The position numbers and the translations under genes are program-made. Below are positions 37,005 to 46,215 of a stretch of DNA of 64,000 nt, one piece after another (within the stretch, counting starts at the first letter, position 1; each line of letters opens with the position of its first letter). Below the pieces are notes generated by a model. That model had not been told where the DNA came from. It was given only the letters and a program-made list of their open reading frames with translations, and did not search any database. Source of the DNA: Parcubacteria group bacterium. Lineage in GTDB: Bacteria > Patescibacteriota > Patescibacteriia > UBA1558 > GWA2-36-10. The DNA lies in assembly GCA_003104935.1 (NCBI GenBank), contig PQAE01000005.1, positions 2,034 to 66,033 of the forward strand. The letters are read 5' to 3'.

Positions 37005-38325
37005 AAAAATAATAAAAAAATTTTTACCGCGATCGTTTTTGTCAACCTACCATTTTTTTCTGGCCAAACTGGCCAACTGGTTTTTTTTATTTCCCAGCAA
37101 TAAGATAGTCGTTATCGGCGTTACCGGCACCAACGGCAAAACCACTACGGCCAACCTAATCTCCCAATTATTTGAATGCCTGGGTTATAAAACTGGGTTG
37201 ACCTCAACAGTGAATTTTAAAATCGGCTATCAGGAAAGACTAAATGATAAAAAGATGACGATGCTGGGTCGTTTTCAAACCCAAAAAATATTGTATCAGG
37301 CGGCACGAGCCGGCTGCCAATATGCCATCATCGAGACCTCGTCTCAGGGCATTGAGCAGTGGCGCCACAGCGGGATAAACTATGATGTTGTGGTTTTTAC
37401 CAACTTAACCCCAGAGCACATCGAGGCCCACGGCAGTTTTGAAAATTATCGTGCCCAAAAGGAAAAGCTCTTTGAACACTTAGCTAAAAGTCGGAGAAAA
37501 AAAATAAGAGGTAAGGTTGTTCCGAAAATAATTATCGCCAACGCCGACGATGAAGAAATATTTAGATTAAAAAAATATCACAGCGATAAATTCATCAGCT
37601 ATGGCTTTGTAAACAAAGCTGATTATCAAGGCAGTGATTTGCGTACCGCGGGCGGGCTGGCCTCATTTAAATTTGCCGGGCAGGAAATAAACACCCAACT
37701 TCTGGGAGAGTTTAATGCTTATAATGTTTTGGCGAGTTTGGCGGTGATAAACGCCCTGGGTTTGCCGGCTGACCAGGTCAGTGCCTGCCGGGTAGGAGGG
37801 GTGCCAGGACGCCAAGAGATGATCAATCAGGGACAGAACTTCAAGGTGATGATTGACTATGCGCCCGAACCGGCGAGTTTGGAGAAGCTCTATCAGGCGC
37901 TGGGTTCTTTACCCAGAAGAAAACTTATCCACATCCTGGGATCAACCGGTGGCGGGCGCGATCAGGCACGCCAGCCATTTCTCGGTCGGTTGGCCGGACA
38001 AAACGCGGACGTGGTGATCGTGACCAACGAAGACCCTTATGACGATGACCCGCAAACAATCATTGATAGAGTTGCCAAGGGCGCGGAACAAGCCGGAAAA
38101 AAAATAAACCAAAATTTATTTAAGATTCTAGATAGAAGAGAGGCTATAGCCAAAGCAATTTCACTAGCACAAAAGGACGATCTTGTCTTAATTACCGGCA
38201 AGGGCGCGGAACAGGCAATCTGTGTGGCTAACGGAAAAAAAATACCCTGGGACGACCGGCGAGTCACACGAGAATTAATAAAAGAAAAAACAAGAAATGA
38301 TTCAACAAAGGTTAAAACAGAATAG
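36985..38325 (+). CDS. Mur ligase family protein (MurE/MurF-like UDP-MurNAc-peptide ligase)
   Basis: ATP-binding P-loop VIGVTGTNGKTTT, central and C-terminal Mur ligase domains; 446 aa. Confidence 0.8.
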   Translation: MFGNMLKKIIKKFLPRSFLSTYHFFLAKLANWFFLFPSNKIVVIGVTGTNGKTTTANLISQLFECLGYKTGLTSTVNFKIGYQERLNDKKMTMLGRFQTQKILYQAARAGCQYAIIETSSQGIEQWRHSGINYDVVVFTNLTPEHIEAHGSFENYRAQKEKLFEHLAKSRRKKIRGKVVPKIIIANADDEEIFRLKKYHSDKFISYGFVNKADYQGSDLRTAGGLASFKFAGQEINTQLLGEFNAYNVLASLAVINALGLPADQVSACRVGGVPGRQEMINQGQNFKVMIDYAPEPASLEKLYQALGSLPRRKLIHILGSTGGGRDQARQPFLGRLAGQNADVVIVTNEDPYDDDPQTIIDRVAKGAEQAGKKINQNLFKILDRREAIAKAISLAQKDDLVLITGKGAEQAICVANGKKIPWDDRRVTRELIKEKTRNDSTKVKTE

Positions 38326-38893
38326 AAATCCCTACGAGCGTTTTTATGGCCGGTTTGCTTTATTTTGGACGGCCTTCTTGGTTATGGCGGGCTGGGCGGT
38401 TAAAAGTATGACCGATGAGACGGGCGCGCTGATTGCAGTGATTTTTTTTGTGATCATTTTAGCAATATTATTATCTAACCGTTGGGTGGTAAATAAAACT
38501 TATTTTGGTCACAGCAACTTATTTTTTAAAACCATGTTTCCTATTGGAAGAATTAAGAGAATTTACCTATCTAAACTCCCTAATGATCCGCGGGTTTTAG
38601 ATCGGGCCCTATTAATGAATGAGATCGTTAGCGCCGGTTCGCTCGCGGCGCGCCTAGGATCATCACCGGTATTGAATAAGGAAGAAATAAAATATATGGC
38701 GGAAAAATATTCCCCAGTGCAGATTTGGATAGAAGTGATTAATCCTAATGGTCAAGCAATATCTTGGCCCTTGGCTGAAAAAAGCAAACAAGCCAGGTCG
38801 ATGGGGTTAGGAGCACTAAAGAAATGTTTGTATAAATTGGAAAGGCAACTGCCGGCAGCAACTATCGACCCTGGGGTGTTTCAATATTTATAA
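38297..38893 (+). CDS. hypothetical membrane protein
   Basis: 198 aa with two predicted TM helices near the N-terminus. Overlaps the end of the Mur ligase gene. Followed by a strong terminator. Confidence 0.5.
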   Translation: MIQQRLKQNRNPYERFYGRFALFWTAFLVMAGWAVKSMTDETGALIAVIFFVIILAILLSNRWVVNKTYFGHSNLFFKTMFPIGRIKRIYLSKLPNDPRVLDRALLMNEIVSAGSLAARLGSSPVLNKEEIKYMAEKYSPVQIWIEVINPNGQAISWPLAEKSKQARSMGLGALKKCLYKLERQLPAATIDPGVFQYL

Positions 38894-38899
38894 AAAAAT

Positions 38900-38926
38900 G
38901 CCCTGTCGCATCAGACGCGGCAGGGC
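38900..38926. terminator. intrinsic terminator hairpin of the conserved family (gccctgtcgca-tcagacg-cggcagggc) with flanking A7/T7
   Basis: Bidirectional terminator between convergent genes. 25 of 29 nt identical to the hairpin at 18499-18525. Confidence 0.75.
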
Positions 38927-38945
38927 TTTTTTTGAAGACGCTTTT

Positions 38946-39488
38946 TCAAGCGCCAATGATTTCGTCGATCAGACCAAACTTCAGAGCTTCCTCGGGAAAC
39001 AACTCTTTTTCTCGGCGGCATAGGGCCCGCACCTCACGCATGCTGCGGCAAGTCCGCCGACAGAGGAGTTGGTACGTACGCTGAGAGTAGCGGTCTTGCT
39101 CGGCCATAGCCCGTGAGCGTTTGGTTTGAGACACCACGGTGTTAAAGCTGATCTTCCAGAAGACCGGATCGTGGATCAGGAGCCGAGTCTGGGCACAGGC
39201 CTGGCGATGGGTGCAAGCCTGTAGTATCACCGCGGCCATAGACTGGCAAAGACCAATAGCTTTGCCGGTTGTTTTGCCCGGGTATGCCAACAGAGAATCA
39301 ATGACGAAAAGACCGTTGAGCAAATTGCCGCCGGTGCTACTAATCAGTACCGTGATCTCCGGCGATCCCCTACTCATCAGGCGCGGTATGCTTTCCCGAA
39401 CGTACACGGCCATATCGTCATCTACTTCGCCGGCCAAATCGATCAGGTTGGCGTCAAGAAGCGTAGTTTGGTCAATGGTAAGAGCCAA
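38946..39488 (-). CDS. ClpP-family serine protease, short form (TTG start); GC-rich
   Basis: Catalytic triad context conserved: GLCQSMAAVIL (Ser), LLIHDP (His), FGLIDEII (Asp). RBS GGAGGT 6 nt upstream of the TTG. 180 aa. About 58% GC. Confidence 0.65.
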   Translation of the reverse strand: MALTIDQTTLLDANLIDLAGEVDDDMAVYVRESIPRLMSRGSPEITVLISSTGGNLLNGLFVIDSLLAYPGKTTGKAIGLCQSMAAVILQACTHRQACAQTRLLIHDPVFWKISFNTVVSQTKRSRAMAEQDRYSQRTYQLLCRRTCRSMREVRALCRREKELFPEEALKFGLIDEIIGA

Positions 39489-39586
39489 GGCACACCTCCG
39501 ACAGCTAGGGCGAAGAGTCTTCGAGTGGCCAGAACCACTTAATCCTAAAGTTAATATAGTTTATTGTCAAAATTTTGATAAGTAAA

Positions 39587-39608
39587 AGGGGTGGACCGTG
39601 GTCCACCC
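39587..39608. terminator. intrinsic terminator hairpin ggtggac-cgtg-gtccacc
   Basis: Downstream of the stop of the minus-strand 39634-40146 gene, flanked by A and T runs. Confidence 0.5.
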
Positions 39609-39633
39609 TTTGTCTTCTCAGCCGTGCCCAGGA

Positions 39634-40146
39634 CTATTGCTGATACAAGGTTTTCACATTACCCCAGGAAGCGGATTGGACAGCCAGCGGTGTGCAGTCG
39701 ACAGGTCGGCTGGAGGCATCGAGAAAGCGGAAGCCGGCGGCGGCTTGCGCACTACCATTAAGGACCCCATCGTCGATGAGGTCATTGCAGGCATTATGCC
39801 CGAGCTCGCCGTAAGCGACGATGGTTGTGCCACAAGCCCCGATCACGCCCTCGCCGGAAGCCGGCGGAAAGTAACAGAAAGCGTAGTCATTTGTCGATCC
39901 GATCCGAGTGGCAATGAGTTCGGTGTTGTCGAATTCACTACTCTTGACCCAGACGGTCAGAACCGGAGGCAGGGGCTCCAAAGTGACTCCACGGAGCTCG
40001 GCGCAGGTAGTACCGGCCACGGGGATGTTCCAGTGAGTCGGGGTGTGAGTCGCAGCAACTACCCACAAAGCAGCCGGCCCATTGGTCGCCATGCAAGGCA
40101 AAGCGCCAAACCCGAGGATGATAGCAAAAACCATAAGCCGTTTCAT
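39634..40146 (-). CDS. secreted hypothetical protein (signal peptide, Cys-containing); GC-rich
   Basis: N-terminal MKRLMVFAIILGFGALPCMA signal peptide. RBS gaaagg upstream. Several Cys. High GC matching the adjacent ClpP-like gene. Overlapping opposite-strand ORFs judged spurious. Confidence 0.5.
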   Translation of the reverse strand: MKRLMVFAIILGFGALPCMATNGPAALWVVAATHTPTHWNIPVAGTTCAELRGVTLEPLPPVLTVWVKSSEFDNTELIATRIGSTNDYAFCYFPPASGEGVIGACGTTIVAYGELGHNACNDLIDDGVLNGSAQAAAGFRFLDASSRPVDCTPLAVQSASWGNVKTLYQQ

Positions 40147-40390
40147 GACTTGGCCTTTCTGGATTTATGACACCGAGTGCTGAGGACAAATCGTATTGAG
40201 CAAAAGTATTTAGAGAGTTGAGGCCCTCCTCTGGTTTGGTTTGTGAATATAAAAGAGCAATGACTCAAATTACATTTGGTGTATTACCATATTTACTAAT
40301 TATTGTCAATGGGTAAAATTATTATCCCTTTAATCCATATTTAAATTTTTATTAACTGTGTTATAATTTATTTGTAAAACAACTAAACAT

Positions 40391-41650
40391 ATGAAAAAAT
40401 TATTATTTTTAGGCATTATTTCCCTGTTTATCCTTACGGGATGTTTTCTGCCGGACGGCGTCGAGCGCGCAGAAGACTTTGATCAGCCAGATATTAAAAA
40501 AGAGTTTTGTGGCGTGCAACTGAGTTTCCAGTATTGCAAGTGCGCCTTTCACGGACAGTATTGTCAGGATATAGGCATGAGTAAAAAAGAAGCTCAAAAG
40601 TATGTTGATGAGGAATATGAAAAATGGCTTGGTACCAAGCGGGAAGAATTTACCAAAAACTGTCAGGCCGCCAACGGATATTTTCAGGATGATAAGTGTA
40701 ATTATTGTGAGCAGGGTTTAATCGCTGGTGAAACATCGTGCGAACAGGATAGCTTAGGCACCGATGATCAGGACGGCACGGAAGAGGAGTTGGTTAATTT
40801 ACCTGACGGGCCATATAATGAAGACTGCACCATTAATACCGAGGAATATGACCGTGATTGGAAAAAATATTCGGATATTGATAATGCTATCGCGCCCACG
40901 GACCGTAGCTACGAAGCCCAGCAGGCGCTTAAGGCCTATGAAAGCATGATCGTCAAATTAACGGAAACTTTTGAACTGCAACGCGATATAGAAATAGAAG
41001 ATCAAATGCAAGCCGACCTTGACGAGTATCGCCAGGCTATAGTACAAAACCAAAAAACCAATTTACTCAAAGCTTTTTGGCGCTTGAGCTGGGTGACTTT
41101 CACTACCATCAAGAGTGGCACTACGGCCGGCAAGTCGTTTAGTAATTTACTCACCAGTTCTGGCAACGCAGTGCAAAATATCGGCTCGGCACTAAAGACT
41201 TTTCAGGCCACGGTACCGGCCAGCTCTGATCTGGCAATCGATAAGTCCACGCTATTGGGCAAAGCAGAAGTAGCGGGCGCCAAGACCGCCTTAGAGGCGG
41301 TGGAATCTTTAGGTGATCCGGGCAAAGTGGTAGCGCGTTTGATCAAAACCGCCGGCGAGGCTTCCCTACCCTCGGCAAATATCAGCGAAGCAGAGATAAA
41401 TGTCCTAAAACAACAACAGATTGATAAAAATGTCGTGAACCAGGTTTTAGCCAATAGCCGAGCGGCTAACAGTGAACGCCAGTCAAAGATAACGGTCTTG
41501 GAATCAGAAATTAAAACTCTGGAAGGGCAGATAGTCGAATGGGAAAACAAGGAAAAGCAAAGGGTGGCCACGGCCCTGGAAGAAAGCTGTTTGAAATTGA
41601 CTAACCCGGAACCAGTGCCGCCTGAAGATAGCGACGATGTATCACAATAG
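40391..41650 (+). CDS. lipoprotein with Cys-rich N-terminal domain and long coiled-coil C-terminus
   Basis: Lipobox LTGC after a signal peptide. 12 Cys in the first 120 aa, then heptad-rich sequence (QMQADLDEYRQA..., ITVLESEIKTLEGQIVEWENKEKQ). Confidence 0.6.
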   Translation: MKKLLFLGIISLFILTGCFLPDGVERAEDFDQPDIKKEFCGVQLSFQYCKCAFHGQYCQDIGMSKKEAQKYVDEEYEKWLGTKREEFTKNCQAANGYFQDDKCNYCEQGLIAGETSCEQDSLGTDDQDGTEEELVNLPDGPYNEDCTINTEEYDRDWKKYSDIDNAIAPTDRSYEAQQALKAYESMIVKLTETFELQRDIEIEDQMQADLDEYRQAIVQNQKTNLLKAFWRLSWVTFTTIKSGTTAGKSFSNLLTSSGNAVQNIGSALKTFQATVPASSDLAIDKSTLLGKAEVAGAKTALEAVESLGDPGKVVARLIKTAGEASLPSANISEAEINVLKQQQIDKNVVNQVLANSRAANSERQSKITVLESEIKTLEGQIVEWENKEKQRVATALEESCLKLTNPEPVPPEDSDDVSQ

Positions 41651-41666
41651 ACAAAATAACAAATAA

Positions 41667-41711
41667 GCCCTGCCGCATCTGATCGAGTTTAGCTCGAACG
41701 AGCGACAGGGC
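41667..41711. terminator. intrinsic terminator, extended variant of the conserved hairpin family
   Basis: gccctgccgcatctga...cgacagggc with an internal sub-hairpin. The 5' arm is nearly identical to the 38900 copy. Sits between convergent genes. Confidence 0.6.
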
Positions 41712-41720
41712 TTTTCTGAT

Positions 41721-42041
41721 TCAGAGGCCGCTGATAGTGAGTTCGCCGTTTTTATCGGCGAGACTATAACTACCCTGGGCCATGATCGTCATCTGAGGCA
41801 GGGCCGGACAGTCAACTTGTCCGTTGAAAAACAACCATCCATGGTCATCGAGGAGAAGTCGAGAAAAGCGAGTAACTCTTATCCACTCGCCCAACTGCCG
41901 CGCGGGTGTATTTAGCGGACTGGCGTTTTCAACATGGAAGATCAAAAACCGCAGTTGGGGATGGCGGCGCGCATAGATAGTCAGGCGTAGCTGGGGGCCG
42001 CTAATAATCACAAAGCTTAAAACTCGGTAAGAGTCGGACAT
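41721..42041 (-). CDS. hypothetical protein; GC-rich islet gene
   Basis: RBS aaggag 8 nt upstream of ATG (MSDSYRVLSF...). 106 aa. About 55% GC. No recognisable motif. Confidence 0.45.
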   Translation of the reverse strand: MSDSYRVLSFVIISGPQLRLTIYARRHPQLRFLIFHVENASPLNTPARQLGEWIRVTRFSRLLLDDHGWLFFNGQVDCPALPQMTIMAQGSYSLADKNGELTISGL

Positions 42042-42100
42042 AGTCTCTCTCCTTGTCTGCAAGGGTACAAAAAACGAAAATAGCTTACAATATTTTAAAG

Positions 42101-42229
42101 AAAATGAAAAGGCGAGTACCGAAGTACTCGCCCGAACGCGACCGAAGTCGCATTTAAGGCCCGAAGGCCAGTTGATATCCTGCCCGCTGCCGCGGCAGGA
42201 TGTGCGATTACTCTTCCATTCGGAAAAGT
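42101..42229 (-). ncRNA. candidate small RNA with three UUCG-tetraloop hairpins and an intrinsic terminator
   Basis: Minus-strand promoter TTGACA(42263-42258)-16-TATGAT(42241-42236). Transcript would contain hairpins gattact..agtaatc, atcctgcc..ggcaggat, ggcc-uucg-ggcc, gcgac-uucg-gucgc and ggcgaguac-uucg-guacucgcc, followed by UUUUCAUUUU. Confidence 0.4.
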
Positions 42230-42496
42230 AATCATATCATAGCATAAATTTGTGTTTTGTCAATACTTTGATTTACGTAATAAATAAATTGTTTTACTCA
42301 CTTGTGCATAACCTGTAGTTAACCAAAGCATATATGTGCATAATTTTAACTAACATAAGGCAAAAAACACAATTTATTGAAACAGAAAACAAGATGGTTT
42401 GACAACTTTTTTACTTTATACATATTGATAAGTTGGCTAATATTAGCTTAAATATTTAAATTTTTTGATGATTTTCTATCCTAACCAGTTAAACAC

Positions 42497-42525
42497 TTGA
42501 CAGGAGCAGCTAGTTTTGATATCAT
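42497..42525 (+). promoter_or_regulatory. candidate rpoBC promoter TTGACA-17-TATCAT
   Basis: Consensus -35 with a 17-nt spacer and near-consensus -10, about 220 nt upstream of the rpoB start. Confidence 0.45.
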
Positions 42526-42745
42526 GAGCACATGAAATTTTTTTGGACTAGTCTATTTTAGTCTCAAAATAATAATAACTTGTTAGCCTTAGGGCCGATG
42601 AGTTTATTTTTTTGCGCTTAAATTTATTTCTATAGTTATCGGACTCCGACGATAAATTTGACTGCTATTTATTTAACAAATAAGTAAGTATTTATAACTG
42701 ATTCAGCTGATCGCGGCGGAGACAGTTATAAAAAGTCAAAAAACT

Positions 42746-45700
42746 ATGCCCCAACAAAGAAATCTCACCCCTCGCCAGTATTTTACCAAGCTGGGAGAGG
42801 CGCTGCCTTTAACTGATCTCATCGAGGTACAGAAGAAATCCTATGAGTGGTTGTTTGCCCACGGTTTGCAACAGCTTTTTGAGGAAATTTCGCCGATTAA
42901 GGACTTTATCGGTCGTGACCTAGAGCTTTATCTCTTGGATTATTTTTTGGACGAGCCAAAATTTGACGAGGTAACGGCCAAGAATAAAAACATTACTTTT
43001 GAGGCGCCCCTGCGCGTCAATGTCCGGTTGGTCAATAAGCGTACTAACGAGGCTAAAGAACAGGAAATATACTTAGGGGATTTTCCGCTGATGACGGACC
43101 GCGGCACTTTCATTATCAACGGCGTGGAAAGAGTAGTGGTTTCCCAACTGATTCGTAGCGCCGGGGTATTTTTTAGCTCCGCTTCTATCCGGGGAAGAAA
43201 ATATTACAGCGCCAAAGTCATTCCTAACCGTGGCGCCTGGCTGGAATTAGAAACGGACACTAATAATGTTATTTATGTGAAGATCGACCGCAAGCGCAAG
43301 GTGCCGGTGACCGCGCTCTTGCGTGCTTTTGGTTATGCTAGTGATGAAGAATTACTCGGGCTATTTAAGGATGTTGATATTCACTCCGAGATCCAGTTTA
43401 TTAAGAGCACCATTGAAAAAGATATTTCCAAGAACGAAGCCGACGGACTGAAAGAAGTTTATCGCCGTATCCGTCCGGGCGATTTAGCCACCACGGAAAA
43501 TGCTCGCAGTTTAATCCACTCCATGTTTTTTGATTTTGACCGCTATGATTTTGATCGGGTGGGACGTTATAAAATAAACGCCCGTTTTGGTTTTGATATT
43601 CCCAACACCAAAGAAACTAGAGTGTTGCGTCGCGAGGACTTGGTGGCGGTTATTAAGGAAATTATAAAATTAAATCTATCTCAGGAGGATGCCGACGACA
43701 TCGATCACCTAGGTAATAGACGCGTGCGGGCTATCGGTGAACTAGTGCAAAACAGATTCCGCATCGGACTGGCGCGTATGGAGCGGATCATTAAAGACCG
43801 TATGAGCACACTGGATATTAATACCCTTACCCCCAACCAATTGATCAACGCCCGACCGGTTATCGGTGTGATTAAAGAGTTTTTTATGAGTTCTCAGCTT
43901 TCTCAATTCATGGATCAGGTCAATCCGCTGGCCGAGTTGGAGCATAAAAGACGTTTGTCGGCTATGGGTCCGGGCGGTCTGTCCCGGGAGCGGGCCGGTT
44001 TTGAGGTGCGCGACGTACACCGTACCCACTACGGACGTATCTGTCCGATAGCCACCCCAGAAGGACCAAACATCGGCCTGGTCGGACACCTGGCGTCTTA
44101 TGCCCGGGTCAATGATTTTGGATTTATTGAAACACCGTTTAGAAAAGTGTGGCACGATATAGACAACGACGCCAAATTATCCAGCGGTAAAACCCTTCGC
44201 CAGGACATCATTGATCCCGCTACCAAAAGAGTGTTGGCCAAGACCGGCGAGACTATTAGTGCCACTCTCGCCAAGGAAATTGAAAAAAATAATAAAATTA
44301 CCAGTATCGCCATTAAGCCGGTGGTAACTAATGAGGTGGTTTATCTCGATGCTTTTGAAGAAGAAAAATACAACACCGCTCCTGCTACTACACCACTAAC
44401 TCCCGAAGACCACTTTGTGAACGATTATGCGGAGATGCGCGTCAAAGGTAATCCTACTTTTGACAGTGTAAATAATATTGATCTATTGGACGTAGCGCCG
44501 AACCAAATTATTTCAATCGCTACCTCACTTATTCCTTTTCTGGAACACGATGATGCAGTGCGTGCTTTGATGGGCACGAATATGCAGCGCCAATCTATTT
44601 CCGTCATTCGCCCCGAATCGCCTATTGTCGGCACCGGCATTGAAGCGAAAGCCGCTATGGACTCTGGTCAGGTGGTGGTAGCTAAAGAGGATGGTGAGGT
44701 GACTACCGTTGATAGCCGCCGCATCGAAGTGACCAACAAAAAAGGCGTGGCGATGATTTACAATTTGAATAAATTTGCCCGCTCCAATACTTCTACCAGC
44801 ATGAATCAACACCCCATCGTGAATAAAGGGGATAAGATTAAAAAAGGTGAGGTGATTGCCGATGGTGCCGCTACAGACAAAGGTGAATTGGCTTTGGGTC
44901 AAAATATGCTGGTGGCCTACATGACTTGGGACGGCGGAAACTATGAAGATGCTATATTAATTTCCGAGCGAGTCGTACGCAACGACAATTATACCTCTAT
45001 CAGTATTGAAGACTATACTATTGATGTTCGTGATACCAAGCTCGGTCCGGAAGTAGTCACTCGCGATATTCCTAATGTCAGTGAAGAAAAATTAAAAGAT
45101 TTGGACCGTGAAGGCGTGATTCACATCGGTGCCAACGTTTCCTCGGGAGATATTTTAGTCGGTAAAATTACCCCCAAGGGCGAAACTGAATTATCCGCCG
45201 AAGAAAAGTTATTGCGGGCAATTTTTGGTGAGAAAGCTAAGGACGTCCGCGATACTTCTCTTTATCTCAAACATGGCGAGCGCGGCAAAGTGATTGGCAT
45301 CAAGATTTTTTCCCGCGACAAAGGGGATAAATTATCGGCGGGAGTGATTAAGAGTATTCAGGTAACCGTTGCTCAACTTCGCAAGATCCAGGTCGGCGAC
45401 AAGATGGCCGGCCGTCACGGTAATAAAGGCGTTATTTCTCGGGTTGTGTCCGAAGCCGACATGCCTTTTTTAGCCGACGGAACCCCGGTAGATATTATTT
45501 TAAATCCCTTGGGCATTATCTCCCGTATGAATCTGGGACAACTCTTGGAAACCCACCTGGGTTTTGCCGCCCGCACCCTGGGCTATAAGGTAGCTAGTCC
45601 GGCCTTAAATGGTGTTTCTGAGCAAGTCATCCGGGAACAGCTGGTCAAAGCCGGTTTACCGGAAGACGGTAAAATCCAGCTTTATGACGGGCGTACTGGC

Positions 45701-46189
45701 CGGCCTTTCGGTGATAAGACCGCTGTGGGTGTGGCCTATATGCTGAAGTTAAACCATTTAGTGGAAGACAAGATCCACCAGCGCTCCATCGGACCATACT
45801 CCTTGGTCACCCAGCAACCTTTGGGCGGTAAGGCGCAGTTCGGTGGCCAGCGTTTTGGAGAAATGGAAGTTTGGGCACTGGAAGCTTATGGTGTGGCCAG
45901 CACTTTGCAGGAGATGCTAACCATCAAATCTGATGATGTACCGGGGCGTTCTAAGGCTTATGAAAGTATCATCAAAGGTGAACAAATAACCCGTCTAAAC
46001 ATCCCCGAATCATTCAACGTGTTGGTCCGGGAATTAAAAGGTCTGTGTTTGGACGTAGATCTGATCGGCAAACGCGAGCGCGTGATCAAAAGCGTGGAAG
46101 AAGATATCAAAGAAACCCTGGAGCAAGAAGCGCCGGTTGTTAATGACGCCAGTGCTGCCGCCGCCAGCGAAGAAGCCGACACCAATTAA
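42746..46189 (+). CDS. rpoB: DNA-directed RNA polymerase beta subunit
   Basis: 1147 aa. Highly conserved RpoB blocks (GDKMAGRHGNKGVISRV, NMQRQ, GGQRFGEMEVWALEAYG). Confidence 0.97.
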   Translation: MPQQRNLTPRQYFTKLGEALPLTDLIEVQKKSYEWLFAHGLQQLFEEISPIKDFIGRDLELYLLDYFLDEPKFDEVTAKNKNITFEAPLRVNVRLVNKRTNEAKEQEIYLGDFPLMTDRGTFIINGVERVVVSQLIRSAGVFFSSASIRGRKYYSAKVIPNRGAWLELETDTNNVIYVKIDRKRKVPVTALLRAFGYASDEELLGLFKDVDIHSEIQFIKSTIEKDISKNEADGLKEVYRRIRPGDLATTENARSLIHSMFFDFDRYDFDRVGRYKINARFGFDIPNTKETRVLRREDLVAVIKEIIKLNLSQEDADDIDHLGNRRVRAIGELVQNRFRIGLARMERIIKDRMSTLDINTLTPNQLINARPVIGVIKEFFMSSQLSQFMDQVNPLAELEHKRRLSAMGPGGLSRERAGFEVRDVHRTHYGRICPIATPEGPNIGLVGHLASYARVNDFGFIETPFRKVWHDIDNDAKLSSGKTLRQDIIDPATKRVLAKTGETISATLAKEIEKNNKITSIAIKPVVTNEVVYLDAFEEEKYNTAPATTPLTPEDHFVNDYAEMRVKGNPTFDSVNNIDLLDVAPNQIISIATSLIPFLEHDDAVRALMGTNMQRQSISVIRPESPIVGTGIEAKAAMDSGQVVVAKEDGEVTTVDSRRIEVTNKKGVAMIYNLNKFARSNTSTSMNQHPIVNKGDKIKKGEVIADGAATDKGELALGQNMLVAYMTWDGGNYEDAILISERVVRNDNYTSISIEDYTIDVRDTKLGPEVVTRDIPNVSEEKLKDLDREGVIHIGANVSSGDILVGKITPKGETELSAEEKLLRAIFGEKAKDVRDTSLYLKHGERGKVIGIKIFSRDKGDKLSAGVIKSIQVTVAQLRKIQVGDKMAGRHGNKGVISRVVSEADMPFLADGTPVDIILNPLGIISRMNLGQLLETHLGFAARTLGYKVASPALNGVSEQVIREQLVKAGLPEDGKIQLYDGRTGRPFGDKTAVGVAYMLKLNHLVEDKIHQRSIGPYSLVTQQPLGGKAQFGGQRFGEMEVWALEAYGVASTLQEMLTIKSDDVPGRSKAYESIIKGEQITRLNIPESFNVLVRELKGLCLDVDLIGKRERVIKSVEEDIKETLEQEAPVVNDASAAAASEEADTN

Positions 46190-46215
46190 AAAAATCTAAG
46201 AGTAAATAAAAGATT

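Noticed and set aside
39598-40189. Plus-strand 190-aa ORF and minus-strand 83-aa ORF overlapping the secreted-protein gene
   Set aside because: High-GC sequence yields long ORFs in several frames. Only the minus-strand 39634-40146 frame has a signal peptide, RBS and terminator.
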